From the NCBI GenBank assembly GCA_026417135.1, contig JAOADV010000005.1:43317-107316 (forward strand): a DNA stretch of 64,000 bases. The letters are read 5' to 3'. The stretch comes from Ignavibacteria bacterium. GTDB lineage: Bacteria > Bacteroidota > Ignavibacteria > Kapaibacteriales > UBA2268. A model generated the notes under the pieces. That model was given only the letters and a program-made list of their open reading frames with translations. It searched no databases and was not told where the DNA came from. The stretch's first letter is position 1. Each line of letters begins with the position of its first letter. A program made the position numbers and the translations under genes. Positions 28,003 to 37,712 of this stretch are shown one piece after another.

Positions 28003-29277
28003 ATGATAAATAATAAGTACTCCATCTTCAATGGTAAAAACATAATTCTTGGCATAACTGGCTCTATCGCAGCATATAAAGCTTTGCTTTTAATTAGAGA
28101 ATTGGTCAAACTCGGAGCTAATGTTTTCCCAGTATTAACCCCTTCGGCAACCCACTTCGTTACACCGTTGAGTGCAGGAAACCTGTCCAAGCAAAATGTA
28201 ATTTTGGATATGTTCGACATCAATATTCAATTTGGAGGGGCTTGGCACATAAACTTAGTTCACTCTTGCGATATGATGGTAATTGCTCCGTGTACTGCCT
28301 CGACGCTTGGTAAAATAGCAAACGGAATTTGCGACAATTCCCTTGTTACGCTTGCAACTGCCTTGACAAGCGATATTCCACTTTTGATTGCCCCAGCTAT
28401 GGATACTTCAATGTACCTTAATCCTTCGACCCAAAAAAATTTGACTATCCTACAAAACAATGGGGCAATAATAATTCCACCAGATAAAGGTGAACTTTCC
28501 AGTGGGCTTGTTGGCGAAGGGCGTTTGCCAGAAATTCCCGTTCTTCTGGATTATATCGAAACTTATTTATTTTTGAGTAAAACTGAACAAAACTTAGCAA
28601 ATAAGCTTAAAACTAAACTTCGAAATAAAAAAATATTAATAACAGCTGGACCAACCTACGAAAAAATCGACGATGTTCGATTCATCGGAAATTATTCATC
28701 TGGAAGAATGGGTTATTCTTTGGCAGCGGTAGGTTCAATTCTGGGGGCAGACGTTCATTTGGTTTCTGGTCCGACGAGCTTAAAAATGCACCACAATGTC
28801 GAAACCTCATATGTTGAAAATTCCGACGATATGTACGAAATTGTAGTCGATTCATTCCCCGAAGTCGACATTGCAATTTTATCTGCTGCAGTTGCCGATT
28901 TCAAACCATTCGAAAAAATTAAAGGGAAAATAAAAAAAGAAAAGACAGAAAAACTTACTTTGGAATTAATTCAAACCAAAGATATTCTTAAAAAGCTCGG
29001 GACTTTAAAAAAGAATCAAATTCTTGTTGGTTTTGCTTTGGAAGAAGAAGATAACGGATTAAAGAATGCTTGGAGAAAAATGACCAGCAAAGGTGCAGAT
29101 ATGATTGTCTTAAACTTTTTGGACAAGCAAGAAAGTGGCTTTCAAACAGAAAACAACACAATCACAATACTCAATTTCCAAAGCGATGACGTTATGAATA
29201 TAAATACCTATGAAACAATGAGCAAGAACTTGTGTTCGGTAGTGATTTATAGTGAAATTTCAAATTTGCTGAAGTAA
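28003..29277 (+). CDS. coaBC: Bifunctional phosphopantothenoylcysteine decarboxylase/synthetase
   Basis: GITGSIAAYKA, APCTASTLGK, APAMDTSMY, ITAGPTYE.ID.VRFIGNYSSGRMG, AAVADF. Confidence 0.96.
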   Translation: MINNKYSIFNGKNIILGITGSIAAYKALLLIRELVKLGANVFPVLTPSATHFVTPLSAGNLSKQNVILDMFDINIQFGGAWHINLVHSCDMMVIAPCTASTLGKIANGICDNSLVTLATALTSDIPLLIAPAMDTSMYLNPSTQKNLTILQNNGAIIIPPDKGELSSGLVGEGRLPEIPVLLDYIETYLFLSKTEQNLANKLKTKLRNKKILITAGPTYEKIDDVRFIGNYSSGRMGYSLAAVGSILGADVHLVSGPTSLKMHHNVETSYVENSDDMYEIVVDSFPEVDIAILSAAVADFKPFEKIKGKIKKEKTEKLTLELIQTKDILKKLGTLKKNQILVGFALEEEDNGLKNAWRKMTSKGADMIVLNFLDKQESGFQTENNTITILNFQSDDVMNINTYETMSKNLCSVVIYSEISNLLK

Positions 29278-29292
29278 TATTACAACCCTCAA

Positions 29293-29604
29293 TCAGTCGG
29301 AATATTTTCTTGCAATTTCGTAAAGGTATTCAAAGCTAAAAATTCCAGTGTCGTGGCCATCTTCCCAAACAAATTGTAAGCCGTAGTTACCAACAATTTC
29401 TATTGACTTAAGTTTATAAGCATTTTCATTCAAAATAGTTAGTTTTGGCAAGGTAACTTTTTTACCAGCAACTTCTTCACCTTGACATTGGGCACAGGGA
29501 CAATTTTTGCGAATAAACCGAAGCTCTACCAAAGATTCAAACCCGTCGTCCCAAATTATTTTTAGAAAATTATTGTCGACCCGCATAATTTCGAGAGGCA
29601 ACAT
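29293..29604 (-). CDS. DUF971/GBBH-like N-terminal domain protein
   Basis: I.WDDG, IRKNCPCAQC, VGNYGLQFVWEDGHDTGIFSFEYL. Confidence 0.88.
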   Translation of the reverse strand: MLPLEIMRVDNNFLKIIWDDGFESLVELRFIRKNCPCAQCQGEEVAGKKVTLPKLTILNENAYKLKSIEIVGNYGLQFVWEDGHDTGIFSFEYLYEIARKYSD

Positions 29605-29609
29605 AAGAT

Positions 29610-30533
29610 TTACCTTAATCGCCTAACTCTAATGTTCCACAATATAACAAAACAAATTGCTGCTACTGCACACATCAATAATATTATCCAAAATGAAGTG
29701 TGAAGTTCTTGCGACAAAGGTAAGGGGACATTCATCGAAAAAAGGCTAACTACAAAAGTGGGAACCATAATGGTAATCATAATGATGTTGAGGGTCTTCA
29801 TCAAGACGTTCAAATTATTAGCAATTATCGAAGCACGTGCATCCATCAAGCTCGCTAAGATAGACGAGTAAGTTTCGGCTTGACGAAGACATTGATTGTT
29901 CTCGATGATAATATCTTCGAGAAGTTCCCTTTCTTCTTCGGTAATGTTTAGCTTGTTGGCATTAAATCGAATTTTTTCTAAAAGGAACTGATTAGTTGTT
30001 ATTGCGTTGCTATAATACACTAAGCTCTTTTCTAATTCAAAAAGTTGAAGCAGATATTTATTTTCTTGAGCTTGGCTCAATTTTCTTTCCAGTTCATCCG
30101 AAATTTTGTTTATTGTATTTAAATGTGAATAAAACTGAGCGATAAAGCTATAAATAACTTTAAAAAAAACATCTTTTATCGATGTTACTCGGTTAAATGG
30201 TTTAGTTAAAAGCAAATCCGTCAGTGGGTCCTGCGACACAACAACCATCTTATCCAAAAATAAGAAAATACCAATTGATTGAACACGGAAAATAAGACTA
30301 TCCGCTGCGATATGATGCTTCGGTGCTTTGATAATGAATGCAAAATGTTGAGGTTCAACCTCAAGACGTGCTAACTCGTCGGGGTCTAACGAAGAAGTTA
30401 ATGTATGCTCGTCGATAAGAAAATTTTCGGTAAGAAGCCTTCTTTCGTCGTCGGACAAGTCTGTCATAAACATTAAATTACCATCTTCACATTCAACTAA
30501 TCGGTCGTTTATAATTTTAAATTTAGTAATCAT
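29610..30533 (-). CDS. corA: CorA family Mg2+/divalent cation transporter
   Basis: LDPDELARLE, ASIIANNLNVLMKTL, two C-terminal TM helices with FSMNV in place of GMN; ATG 30533. Confidence 0.88.
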   Translation of the reverse strand: MITKFKIINDRLVECEDGNLMFMTDLSDDERRLLTENFLIDEHTLTSSLDPDELARLEVEPQHFAFIIKAPKHHIAADSLIFRVQSIGIFLFLDKMVVVSQDPLTDLLLTKPFNRVTSIKDVFFKVIYSFIAQFYSHLNTINKISDELERKLSQAQENKYLLQLFELEKSLVYYSNAITTNQFLLEKIRFNANKLNITEEERELLEDIIIENNQCLRQAETYSSILASLMDARASIIANNLNVLMKTLNIIMITIMVPTFVVSLFSMNVPLPLSQELHTSFWIILLMCAVAAICFVILWNIRVRRLR

Positions 30534-30732
30534 CGTAAACACCAAAAAATTCCAAATTAAGAATTTTAAGATTAATAATACTCAAAACTAAATTAAGCCC
30601 TTCGCATAACTTTATTTTGTTCAAAAATTTTATTTTTGCTTTTTATTATTATTATTGTAAAGCATTACCTTTGAAAGAAATTTTCAGTTTAAATTATTTT
30701 CAAATGTTTTTAAAACAAAATAAAGGGAAATT

Positions 30733-33700
30733 ATGAAGATTTCAACGAAATTGTTCTTTTCCTTTGGGTTACTAGTTCTAATCGTAGTTGCATTCGCCAT
30801 ATTTGCTCCAATTCAAATGTCTTCGTTATCTTCCTATTTAGAAAAAGTTAAAAATGAAAACCTTCAAAAGATATTGTTGCTAAACGATATCAAAGATAAT
30901 CAAAACATTATTGCACGTGCTCTTAGGAATATTATACTCGTAGAAGACACAATTGTTAAAAACCAAGAATGGAACAGGGTTTTACAATCTAGAAAAAATA
31001 TCAGCGACGCCCTCGAAAAACTTGAAAAATCAATTACCACAGACGAAGAAAAAAGAATTTTTAAAGAAATAACAGAAGTCCGACGCTATTATATTGATGG
31101 TCAGAACAAAATTTATGAGTTCGGCCGGGAAAATAAAATTAAAGAAGCCATCGATTTCTTGCTCGGAGATTTCCGCGAAATTCAAAATAAATATTTTGGA
31201 TTAGTAAATAAATATTTAGACGAAGAGCTTAAACATGTCGATGAAACTATTGTTGCAAGTGATAAGCTGGCCGGAATTTCGCAAAACATATTTTTGATTG
31301 GAGGCTTAATTGGCATAGTGTTGGGCCTTGTCTTTTCCCTTGTTATTTCCAAAAACATATCGAAGCCTATAATTAAAGCTGTCGATGCTAGCGAAAAAAT
31401 TTCCCGCGGTGACACAAATGTCGAACTCGAAACGAAAACCAAAGACGAAACCGCTTTGCTTATATCTTCGATGAAAAAAATGGTCGAGACTATAAGTTCA
31501 ATGCTCAGTGACGTAAAAATGCTTGCAAAGGCAACCATCGAAGGAAAGTTGAATGTGCGAGCAGATTCATCAAAATATCAAGGTGATTTTAAAGAATTAA
31601 TCGATGGATTTAATGGAACACTCGACGCTGTAATACAACCATTGAACGTTGCAGCTTCATATGTAGATAAAATTTCAAAAGGGGATATACCTCCAAAAAT
31701 TACCGATGATTACAAGGGCGATTTCAATGAAATAAAAAACAATTTGAATAATTTAATTGATAATTTGAATAATGTTTCGAATATCGCCACAAACATCGCC
31801 AACGGTAATTTAGACATTCAAATAATCGAGCGTTCAACAAACGATACTCTAATGATTTCTTTAAATAGAATGAGTACAAGTTTGAAAAAAGTAGTTAACG
31901 ATATCTATTCGATTGTCGATAAAGCTAAAAAAGGCTATCTCGACTACCGTTGCGAACGCTTTGGGCACCAGGGAGAATTTCTAAGGCTCATAGATGGAAT
32001 AAACCAAACTCTTGACATTATTACGAACATATTCGATTACGCTGGAAACTTTATGGTTGCCGACTCCGATGGTTACATCAATTACTTGAACAAATCGCAA
32101 TACAACTTTTTAACCAAATACGAGTCTGATTACAAAAAGGCATATCCCGACTTCGCTGTTTCAAAGATTGTTGGAACGCACATTGACCGATGGCATAAGA
32201 ATCCGTCGAGAAATAGACAAATATTAAGTAATTTGACAAATTCGTATGAAGCAAGAATTAGCATAGGGGACCAAATAATGCGTTTAGTTATAAACCCATT
32301 AAAAGATAGTAATCAAAATATCTTAGGATATGTTGTTCAATGGAATAATTATACGAACGAAACAAATTTAGAAAATGAATTAACAAAGATAGGTAATAAA
32401 ATAACAGACGGCGATATTAACGTAAGAATCGAAACTGGGAAATTTTTTGGCAACTACATTGAAATTGCGATGAAAATTAACAATATGCTCGATTCAATCA
32501 TAAAGCCTTTAAAAGTAGCTGCTGTCTATATCGAGCAAATTTCCAAGGGTTTAATACCGGAAAAAATAACAGATGAATACAAAGGAGATTTCAACGAGAT
32601 AAAAAACAATTTAAACATATTAATCGATTCAATCAGTAGAATAATTAACGATTCTTTGTTACTTGGTAAAGCAATTGCAGATGGAAATTTGAATATACGC
32701 TCCGATTCTGCAAAACATCAAGGAGCGTTTCTTGAAATAATAGACACAATAAATAACGCCGTAGATAATATTGCCGAACCATTGCAAGAAACTGCCAAAG
32801 TTATGAATTTTATGAAGGAAGGTGATTTAACAGTACGTATGCTTGGGAACTATTCTGGGGAGCTTCAAAAGTTGAAAGAAAACATTAACATTATGGCGGA
32901 ATCGCTAAGCGCCTTGTTATTGCAAATTTCTTCCTCGGCAGAAATTTCGGCTACCGCAGCTTCGGAAATTTCGGCAATAGCCGATACATTAGCCGCTTCG
33001 TCGGCAGAAAACAGTGCACAAATCGACGAACTTGCTTCTGCAATAGAAGAAATGAGCAGAACTATTTCGGAAAATGCTTTAGGAGCAACTCGCGCAGCGG
33101 AAATGGCTGAACAAAACAAAAAAATAGCAAGCGAAGGCGGTGCTTCTGTCGAAGAAACAGTATCCAAAATGAACGAAATCGCCTCGGTTGTTCGAACCAC
33201 TGCCGAGAAAATCGAAAGACTTGGAGAGTCGAGTAAAGAAATTGGGGAAATAATTTCTGTTATCGACGATATTGCCGACCAAACGAACTTGTTAGCTTTA
33301 AATGCTGCAATCGAAGCAGCACGCGCTGGAGAACAAGGGCGAGGTTTTGCCGTTGTTGCCGACGAAGTTCGAAAATTAGCCGAAAGAACTACCGAAGCAA
33401 CTAAGCAAATCGAAAAAATGATAAAAAGCATTCAAAAAGAGACCGACGAAGCTGTTCGTGCAATGAAACAAGGAACAGACGAAGTCAACAACGGAATAAG
33501 GCTTGCAGACAAAGCTGGCTCGGCTTTGAAAATGATTGTCAAAAGCTCTCAAGAAGTTTGGGACACAATAAACCAAATAGCCGCAGCAACAGAGGAACAA
33601 TCGTCAACTTCCGAGCAAATTGCAAAAAACATAGCCTCCATTTCCCAAGTAACAGCCGATACTGCAAATAGGGTCCAAGATATAGCAAAAGCAACAGAAG

Positions 33701-33849
33701 ACCTTGCAAAGCAAATCGAATTACTTCGCTCCCTAATCGAAAAATTTAAACTTCATAAAGAAGATACCCAAATGTTCTTTGAAGCTCAAGAACCACGCAA
33801 ACTTGGAACAAGAGAAAGTAGAAGGTTTCTCGCTCCGGGTGAAAGCTAA
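30733..33849 (+). CDS. Methyl-accepting chemotaxis protein (TM-4HB-TM, poly-HAMP, PAS, HAMP, MCP signal)
   Basis: Two TM helices flanking a 4HB-like domain; repeated HAMP units; [38 protein letters not shown]; GGGA RBS. Confidence 0.96.
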   Translation: MKISTKLFFSFGLLVLIVVAFAIFAPIQMSSLSSYLEKVKNENLQKILLLNDIKDNQNIIARALRNIILVEDTIVKNQEWNRVLQSRKNISDALEKLEKSITTDEEKRIFKEITEVRRYYIDGQNKIYEFGRENKIKEAIDFLLGDFREIQNKYFGLVNKYLDEELKHVDETIVASDKLAGISQNIFLIGGLIGIVLGLVFSLVISKNISKPIIKAVDASEKISRGDTNVELETKTKDETALLISSMKKMVETISSMLSDVKMLAKATIEGKLNVRADSSKYQGDFKELIDGFNGTLDAVIQPLNVAASYVDKISKGDIPPKITDDYKGDFNEIKNNLNNLIDNLNNVSNIATNIANGNLDIQIIERSTNDTLMISLNRMSTSLKKVVNDIYSIVDKAKKGYLDYRCERFGHQGEFLRLIDGINQTLDIITNIFDYAGNFMVADSDGYINYLNKSQYNFLTKYESDYKKAYPDFAVSKIVGTHIDRWHKNPSRNRQILSNLTNSYEARISIGDQIMRLVINPLKDSNQNILGYVVQWNNYTNETNLENELTKIGNKITDGDINVRIETGKFFGNYIEIAMKINNMLDSIIKPLKVAAVYIEQISKGLIPEKITDEYKGDFNEIKNNLNILIDSISRIINDSLLLGKAIADGNLNIRSDSAKHQGAFLEIIDTINNAVDNIAEPLQETAKVMNFMKEGDLTVRMLGNYSGELQKLKENINIMAESLSALLLQISSSAEISATAASEISAIADTLAASSAENSAQIDELASAIEEMSRTISENALGATRAAEMAEQNKKIASEGGASVEETVSKMNEIASVVRTTAEKIERLGESSKEIGEIISVIDDIADQTNLLALNAAIEAARAGEQGRGFAVVADEVRKLAERTTEATKQIEKMIKSIQKETDEAVRAMKQGTDEVNNGIRLADKAGSALKMIVKSSQEVWDTINQIAAATEEQSSTSEQIAKNIASISQVTADTANRVQDIAKATEDLAKQIELLRSLIEKFKLHKEDTQMFFEAQEPRKLGTRESRRFLAPGES
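31621..32628 (+). repeat. Intragenic duplicated 141-bp HAMP unit (31621-31761 and 32488-32628)
   Basis: [47 protein letters not shown] vs [47 protein letters not shown]; 35/47 identical. Confidence 0.9.
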
Positions 33850-34040
33850 GAACTTTTTTGTCAAAATCATCTGAATTGTAATTCGATTAAACAAGATTTT
33901 CTTTGTTCAGAACGAAATTGATGCTTGTTGTTGCTTGAATGAATTAATCTTGACCTCCCACAAGTTGATAAATTACGAAATCATATAATTCAGAAAATTA
34001 CATTTAGCAATAGTAAACTTTTTTTTTCGTTTACCTTGTT

Positions 34041-34544
34041 TTGTTTATATTGTTTATGCTTGTTTTTTTGATTTTAGTGTCGATATTTTTTTCGTTATTA
34101 ACTGCTTGCCAAGGTGGAATTTCCCCAGATGATGGAGCAGCGGAAAGTATTGTTGTTGGAAGAATTATTGTCGTTTCTGGAAAGGCAAGTTGGCCACCAC
34201 CCGATTCCTCTCGCGAACTTAGAGTTCTGGTTGTTCCACAATACCCACCTATTAATATTTTTGCCGATATTCTACAAGGCAAAGCTTACCTTTCAGATAC
34301 ACTGGTGCGATACACTGACACAATTCCCTTTAGGGTTGTGGTTCAAAAACCTCCAATGAATTCTGCATTTATTTTAGCTTCACTAAGATACGGCAATATT
34401 TCTCAACAAAGGCTAATCGGCTTTTATAAAAAAAATCGTGAAAGTAAACTCCCCGATATGTTGAAAATTGATAAAGGTCAAATATTAAAAGGATTGGATA
34501 TATTTGTCGACTTTAACAATCTACCAGAGCAAAAGCCACAATGA
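34041..34544 (+). CDS. Hypothetical lipoprotein
   Basis: Hydrophobic signal ending LLTAC; ATGA overlap with the downstream TonB-dependent receptor; true start may be ATG 34056. Confidence 0.75.
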   Translation: MFILFMLVFLILVSIFFSLLTACQGGISPDDGAAESIVVGRIIVVSGKASWPPPDSSRELRVLVVPQYPPINIFADILQGKAYLSDTLVRYTDTIPFRVVVQKPPMNSAFILASLRYGNISQQRLIGFYKKNRESKLPDMLKIDKGQILKGLDIFVDFNNLPEQKPQ

Positions 34545-36739
34545 AATCATACCTTAGCATATTGTTATTAATTTTTCTTTTGAACACAAACAGTTATAGC
34601 CAAGTTAGTGTGTCTGGTAAAGTTATAGATTATTACGACCGAAAACCCTTGGTTGGGGTTTCCGTTTACTTAGAAGGTACTCTTCTTGGAAGTATTTCAG
34701 ACAATGAAGGCAACTTTAATATAAAAAAAGTTTACGCTGGGAGTTATACTATAATTGCTTTCATTTCGGGTTACGAAATTTTCAAGAAAAAAATAATAGT
34801 GCAAGACAGCAACTATTTTATCCCTATTGAATTAAAGATAAAAGAAGTAAAAAAACCAGAAATTGTTGTTTCATCTGCCCGCAGAATTCAATCTTTCCAA
34901 GAAGTTCCTGTTTCGATGACCATAATCGACGAAGATTACTTACGAAGCAACGCTTATATCGAGTTGAAAGACTATCTAAGGTTTGTCCCAAGTGTTGAAA
35001 CAAATTTCGATAACATAAGTATTCGCGGTTCATCTGGATATCAATTTGGGTCGGGTTCGCGAATCACTTTACTTATCGATGGATTTCCATTTCTTACCGC
35101 CGATAATGCTACTCCAAATCTTGAGTTTATGAGCCCCGACATAGTTTCGCGGGTCGAAATACTTAAAGCACCTGGCTCCTCACTTTATGGCTCGTCGGCT
35201 ATGAGTGGAGTAATTAACATTATTACAAAAGAACCAAAAAATAAATCATTAATCGAAGCAAAAATTACCAGCGGAATTTACACTCTACCAAAGTATGAAC
35301 AATGGCAATACACAAAAAATCTTAGAACCCGAAACAAATTTGTTTTAAATGCAAGCGAGCGAACAAAATTTGGCGATATACTAATCGCAAGCAATTTCAC
35401 CAATGATGAAAGTTATAGGAAATTTAACAAAAGCAACACTTTTAATTTTTTTGGAAAATATTCAAATAATTTCGATTGGAACTCTCGGCTTAAAATTTTT
35501 ACACTCTTCAATTACAAATATGCCGATGACGGTAGTTTTTGGAGTGGCGCATACCGAGCAACCATTCCGCCAGAAAGTTACGACCCTAGCAAGAAAACAA
35601 TTTCTAACAAGACCGCCCTTGCATTAGAATACCAATCTTTTTTCGGAAAAAGTTCTTTCCTATCTTTCAAGTCCTCGCTTTTTCGCTCCGAATTCAAATC
35701 CAACTCGCCTCCAGCCGACACCAACTATCTCTCCTCGACAGCTTACAATAATAACAATGAATTGCAGATAAATCATCTTATCTTCGAAAATTCTTTTTTA
35801 ACTGCTGGAATTTCCTTAACGAACAATTGGGTGAATTCGTCGCGATATGGAAATAGAAAACAAAACATTGTCTCGTTCTTCATCCAAGATGAATTTACCA
35901 AAGTTGAAAATTTTATTTTTACTGGTGGCATTCGACTCGATTACGATATATGCGATTCTTCAAAAAACTATTTCGAAGCCTCGCCGAGATTTGCTATTGC
36001 ATACAATTCACCCCAAAAATTTTCCCTCAGAGGCTCGATAGGTAAGGGATTTCGAGTCGCCACAATTTCCGAAAGGTTCGCATCCAGAAGATTTAGTGGA
36101 TTTACTATTGAGCCCAACCCAAATTTGTCCCCAGAAAAATCTTGGAATATTGAATTGGGATTTTCTAATGAAAGCAAAATATTCTCCAAAAGTGCTTATT
36201 ACGACTTGTCCTTGTTCTTTTCAAAATATAAGAATTTGATTGAACCGCAGTTCGACCCAACTGCTATGAAACCGACAATAAGATTTAAAAATGTAGCAAA
36301 CGCCGAAATAAAAGGAATTGATTTTTCTTTTAACTACGCAATCACGCAAAATACGGACCTTCGAATGAGTTTAACTTTTATCGACCCAATAGACCTTAAT
36401 ACAAAAGAAATTTTAAAATTCCGTTCAAAGTTCCATTTTACAACGGGCTTATTGCAGGAATTTGATATTCTTAATTTTTCGATTTTCTACAAATTTGTAA
36501 GTAAAATAGTTGAAGTCGATAATCAACTAAAATTTATATTAAAAGACTACGACGTTCGAACCTCAACACATCTGGTTGATTTAAATCTTAACCTCGATTT
36601 CAAAAAATTTAATCTTCCTATTGTCTTTTCAATTTCAATTCAAAATCTTTTAGATTATTATTATGTAGATTTAGTCGGAAATCTCGCACCAACAAGATAC
36701 ATTTCGTTTGGTATAAAGAAAACAATAGCATCAAATTAG
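34541..36739 (+). CDS. TonB-dependent receptor
   Basis: Signal peptide, carboxypeptidase-regulatory-like N-domain, plug motif RVEILKAPGSSLYGSSAMSGVINIIT, PNLSPEKSWN barrel motif. Confidence 0.93.
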   Translation: MKSYLSILLLIFLLNTNSYSQVSVSGKVIDYYDRKPLVGVSVYLEGTLLGSISDNEGNFNIKKVYAGSYTIIAFISGYEIFKKKIIVQDSNYFIPIELKIKEVKKPEIVVSSARRIQSFQEVPVSMTIIDEDYLRSNAYIELKDYLRFVPSVETNFDNISIRGSSGYQFGSGSRITLLIDGFPFLTADNATPNLEFMSPDIVSRVEILKAPGSSLYGSSAMSGVINIITKEPKNKSLIEAKITSGIYTLPKYEQWQYTKNLRTRNKFVLNASERTKFGDILIASNFTNDESYRKFNKSNTFNFFGKYSNNFDWNSRLKIFTLFNYKYADDGSFWSGAYRATIPPESYDPSKKTISNKTALALEYQSFFGKSSFLSFKSSLFRSEFKSNSPPADTNYLSSTAYNNNNELQINHLIFENSFLTAGISLTNNWVNSSRYGNRKQNIVSFFIQDEFTKVENFIFTGGIRLDYDICDSSKNYFEASPRFAIAYNSPQKFSLRGSIGKGFRVATISERFASRRFSGFTIEPNPNLSPEKSWNIELGFSNESKIFSKSAYYDLSLFFSKYKNLIEPQFDPTAMKPTIRFKNVANAEIKGIDFSFNYAITQNTDLRMSLTFIDPIDLNTKEILKFRSKFHFTTGLLQEFDILNFSIFYKFVSKIVEVDNQLKFILKDYDVRTSTHLVDLNLNLDFKKFNLPIVFSISIQNLLDYYYVDLVGNLAPTRYISFGIKKTIASN

Positions 36740-36926
36740 TATCCCTCTAATTAAAGAGTATTTAAAAGTATAAGTTTGTTGTCAAATAAAATTTGGTAAG
36801 GCTATCATTTCAAAACATTTGATTTAGTTCAATGAAACTTTCTTGGTAAAAGTAAAATGAAAATGCGCTTTCTTATTTTTTTTACACAATTTTATCTTTC
36901 CAAACGAATCTCCAAATCGTTAATTT

Positions 36927-37017
36927 GTTGGCTAAGCATCTTGCCTGTCCAAAAAACTCCGCAAAAACTGGAAGCTTATGTTTCCTCACTTCGCACAGGC
37001 TGGAAGCCTGTGCTACC
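36927..37017. repeat. GTAG-family REP element cluster (one intact, two degenerate copies)
   Basis: Minus strand 37016-36993 reads GTAG-CACAGGCTTCCAGCCTGTGC with a perfect 9-bp stem; degenerate tandem copy 36958-36985 (20/28 match); inverted degenerate copy GTTGGCTAAGCATCTTGCCTGTC at 36927-36949. Confidence 0.75.
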
Positions 37018-37040
37018 AAATGGTAGGATTTGTTTATATT

Positions 37041-37712
37041 TTAATTTTTCTTCCCTACTTTAGGGACAAAATCTTGGTAATATTCAGGAACGAAGTTTTG
37101 CGATGAAGTCCATTTACCACTCTTCATCATTTCTAAGCTCGAAAACGCAACAAACTTGGCACTTGGATAAAATAGCTTTCCATAATTCAAGCCTTTGGAA
37201 AAAATAATTTTTGGGTCCCCACAAACTACATCGCTATCACTAAGTTTGTCACCGATAGAGTTTTTGTCTAAAAGTTCAACTTTAGAAATAGGTTCAAGTT
37301 CTAATGAGAAAAACTGGGAATAATACAAATCCTTGTGGGAATGAATAAGCACAACAATTCGAGAAAACTCCAAACCATTTAAGAACGACTTCGCTGCAAA
37401 AGCAAGGGAAAATAAAGTTGGGACAGAAATTAATTTAATATTATCGTCGAAACAAATGCCCTTAGCTAAGGATGCGCCGATACGTAATCCAGTGAAAGAC
37501 CCAGGACCAGAAGACACAGCGATATAATCAAGTTTGTCGAAATTAATCTTGGAATCTTGTAGAATACGGCGTACGAGTTCTGCAAGTATGTAATCGTGGA
37601 TATTTGGAATAAATACCGAATATTCTGCTACAATTTCATTTCCTTTTAGCAAAGCAACTGAACAATTCGTCGTTGTTGTGTCAATTGCGAGAACTGTTGG
37701 GTTAAAAATCAC
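37041..37712 (-). CDS. tsaB: tRNA threonylcarbamoyladenosine biosynthesis protein TsaB
   Basis: LAIDTTTTNCSVAL, IAVSSGPGSFTGLRIG; start placed at GTG 37712, which gives a GTGA overlap with the mfd stop (track start 37748). Confidence 0.92.
   Translation of the reverse strand: MIFNPTVLAIDTTTTNCSVALLKGNEIVAEYSVFIPNIHDYILAELVRRILQDSKINFDKLDYIAVSSGPGSFTGLRIGASLAKGICFDDNIKLISVPTLFSLAFAAKSFLNGLEFSRIVVLIHSHKDLYYSQFFSLELEPISKVELLDKNSIGDKLSDSDVVCGDPKIIFSKGLNYGKLFYPSAKFVAFSSLEMMKSGKWTSSQNFVPEYYQDFVPKVGKKN

Noticed and set aside
33850-34040. Possible cobalamin riboswitch or Fur box before the lipoprotein-receptor pair; also a T9 tract at 34019-34027
   Set aside because: No B12-box or Fur consensus is visible; T-runs of 8-9 are common in these AT-rich spacers.
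36857-37063. 68-aa ORF containing RTGWKPVLP
   Set aside because: This peptide is just the translation of the REP hairpin; the ORF has no RBS and overlaps the tsaB end.
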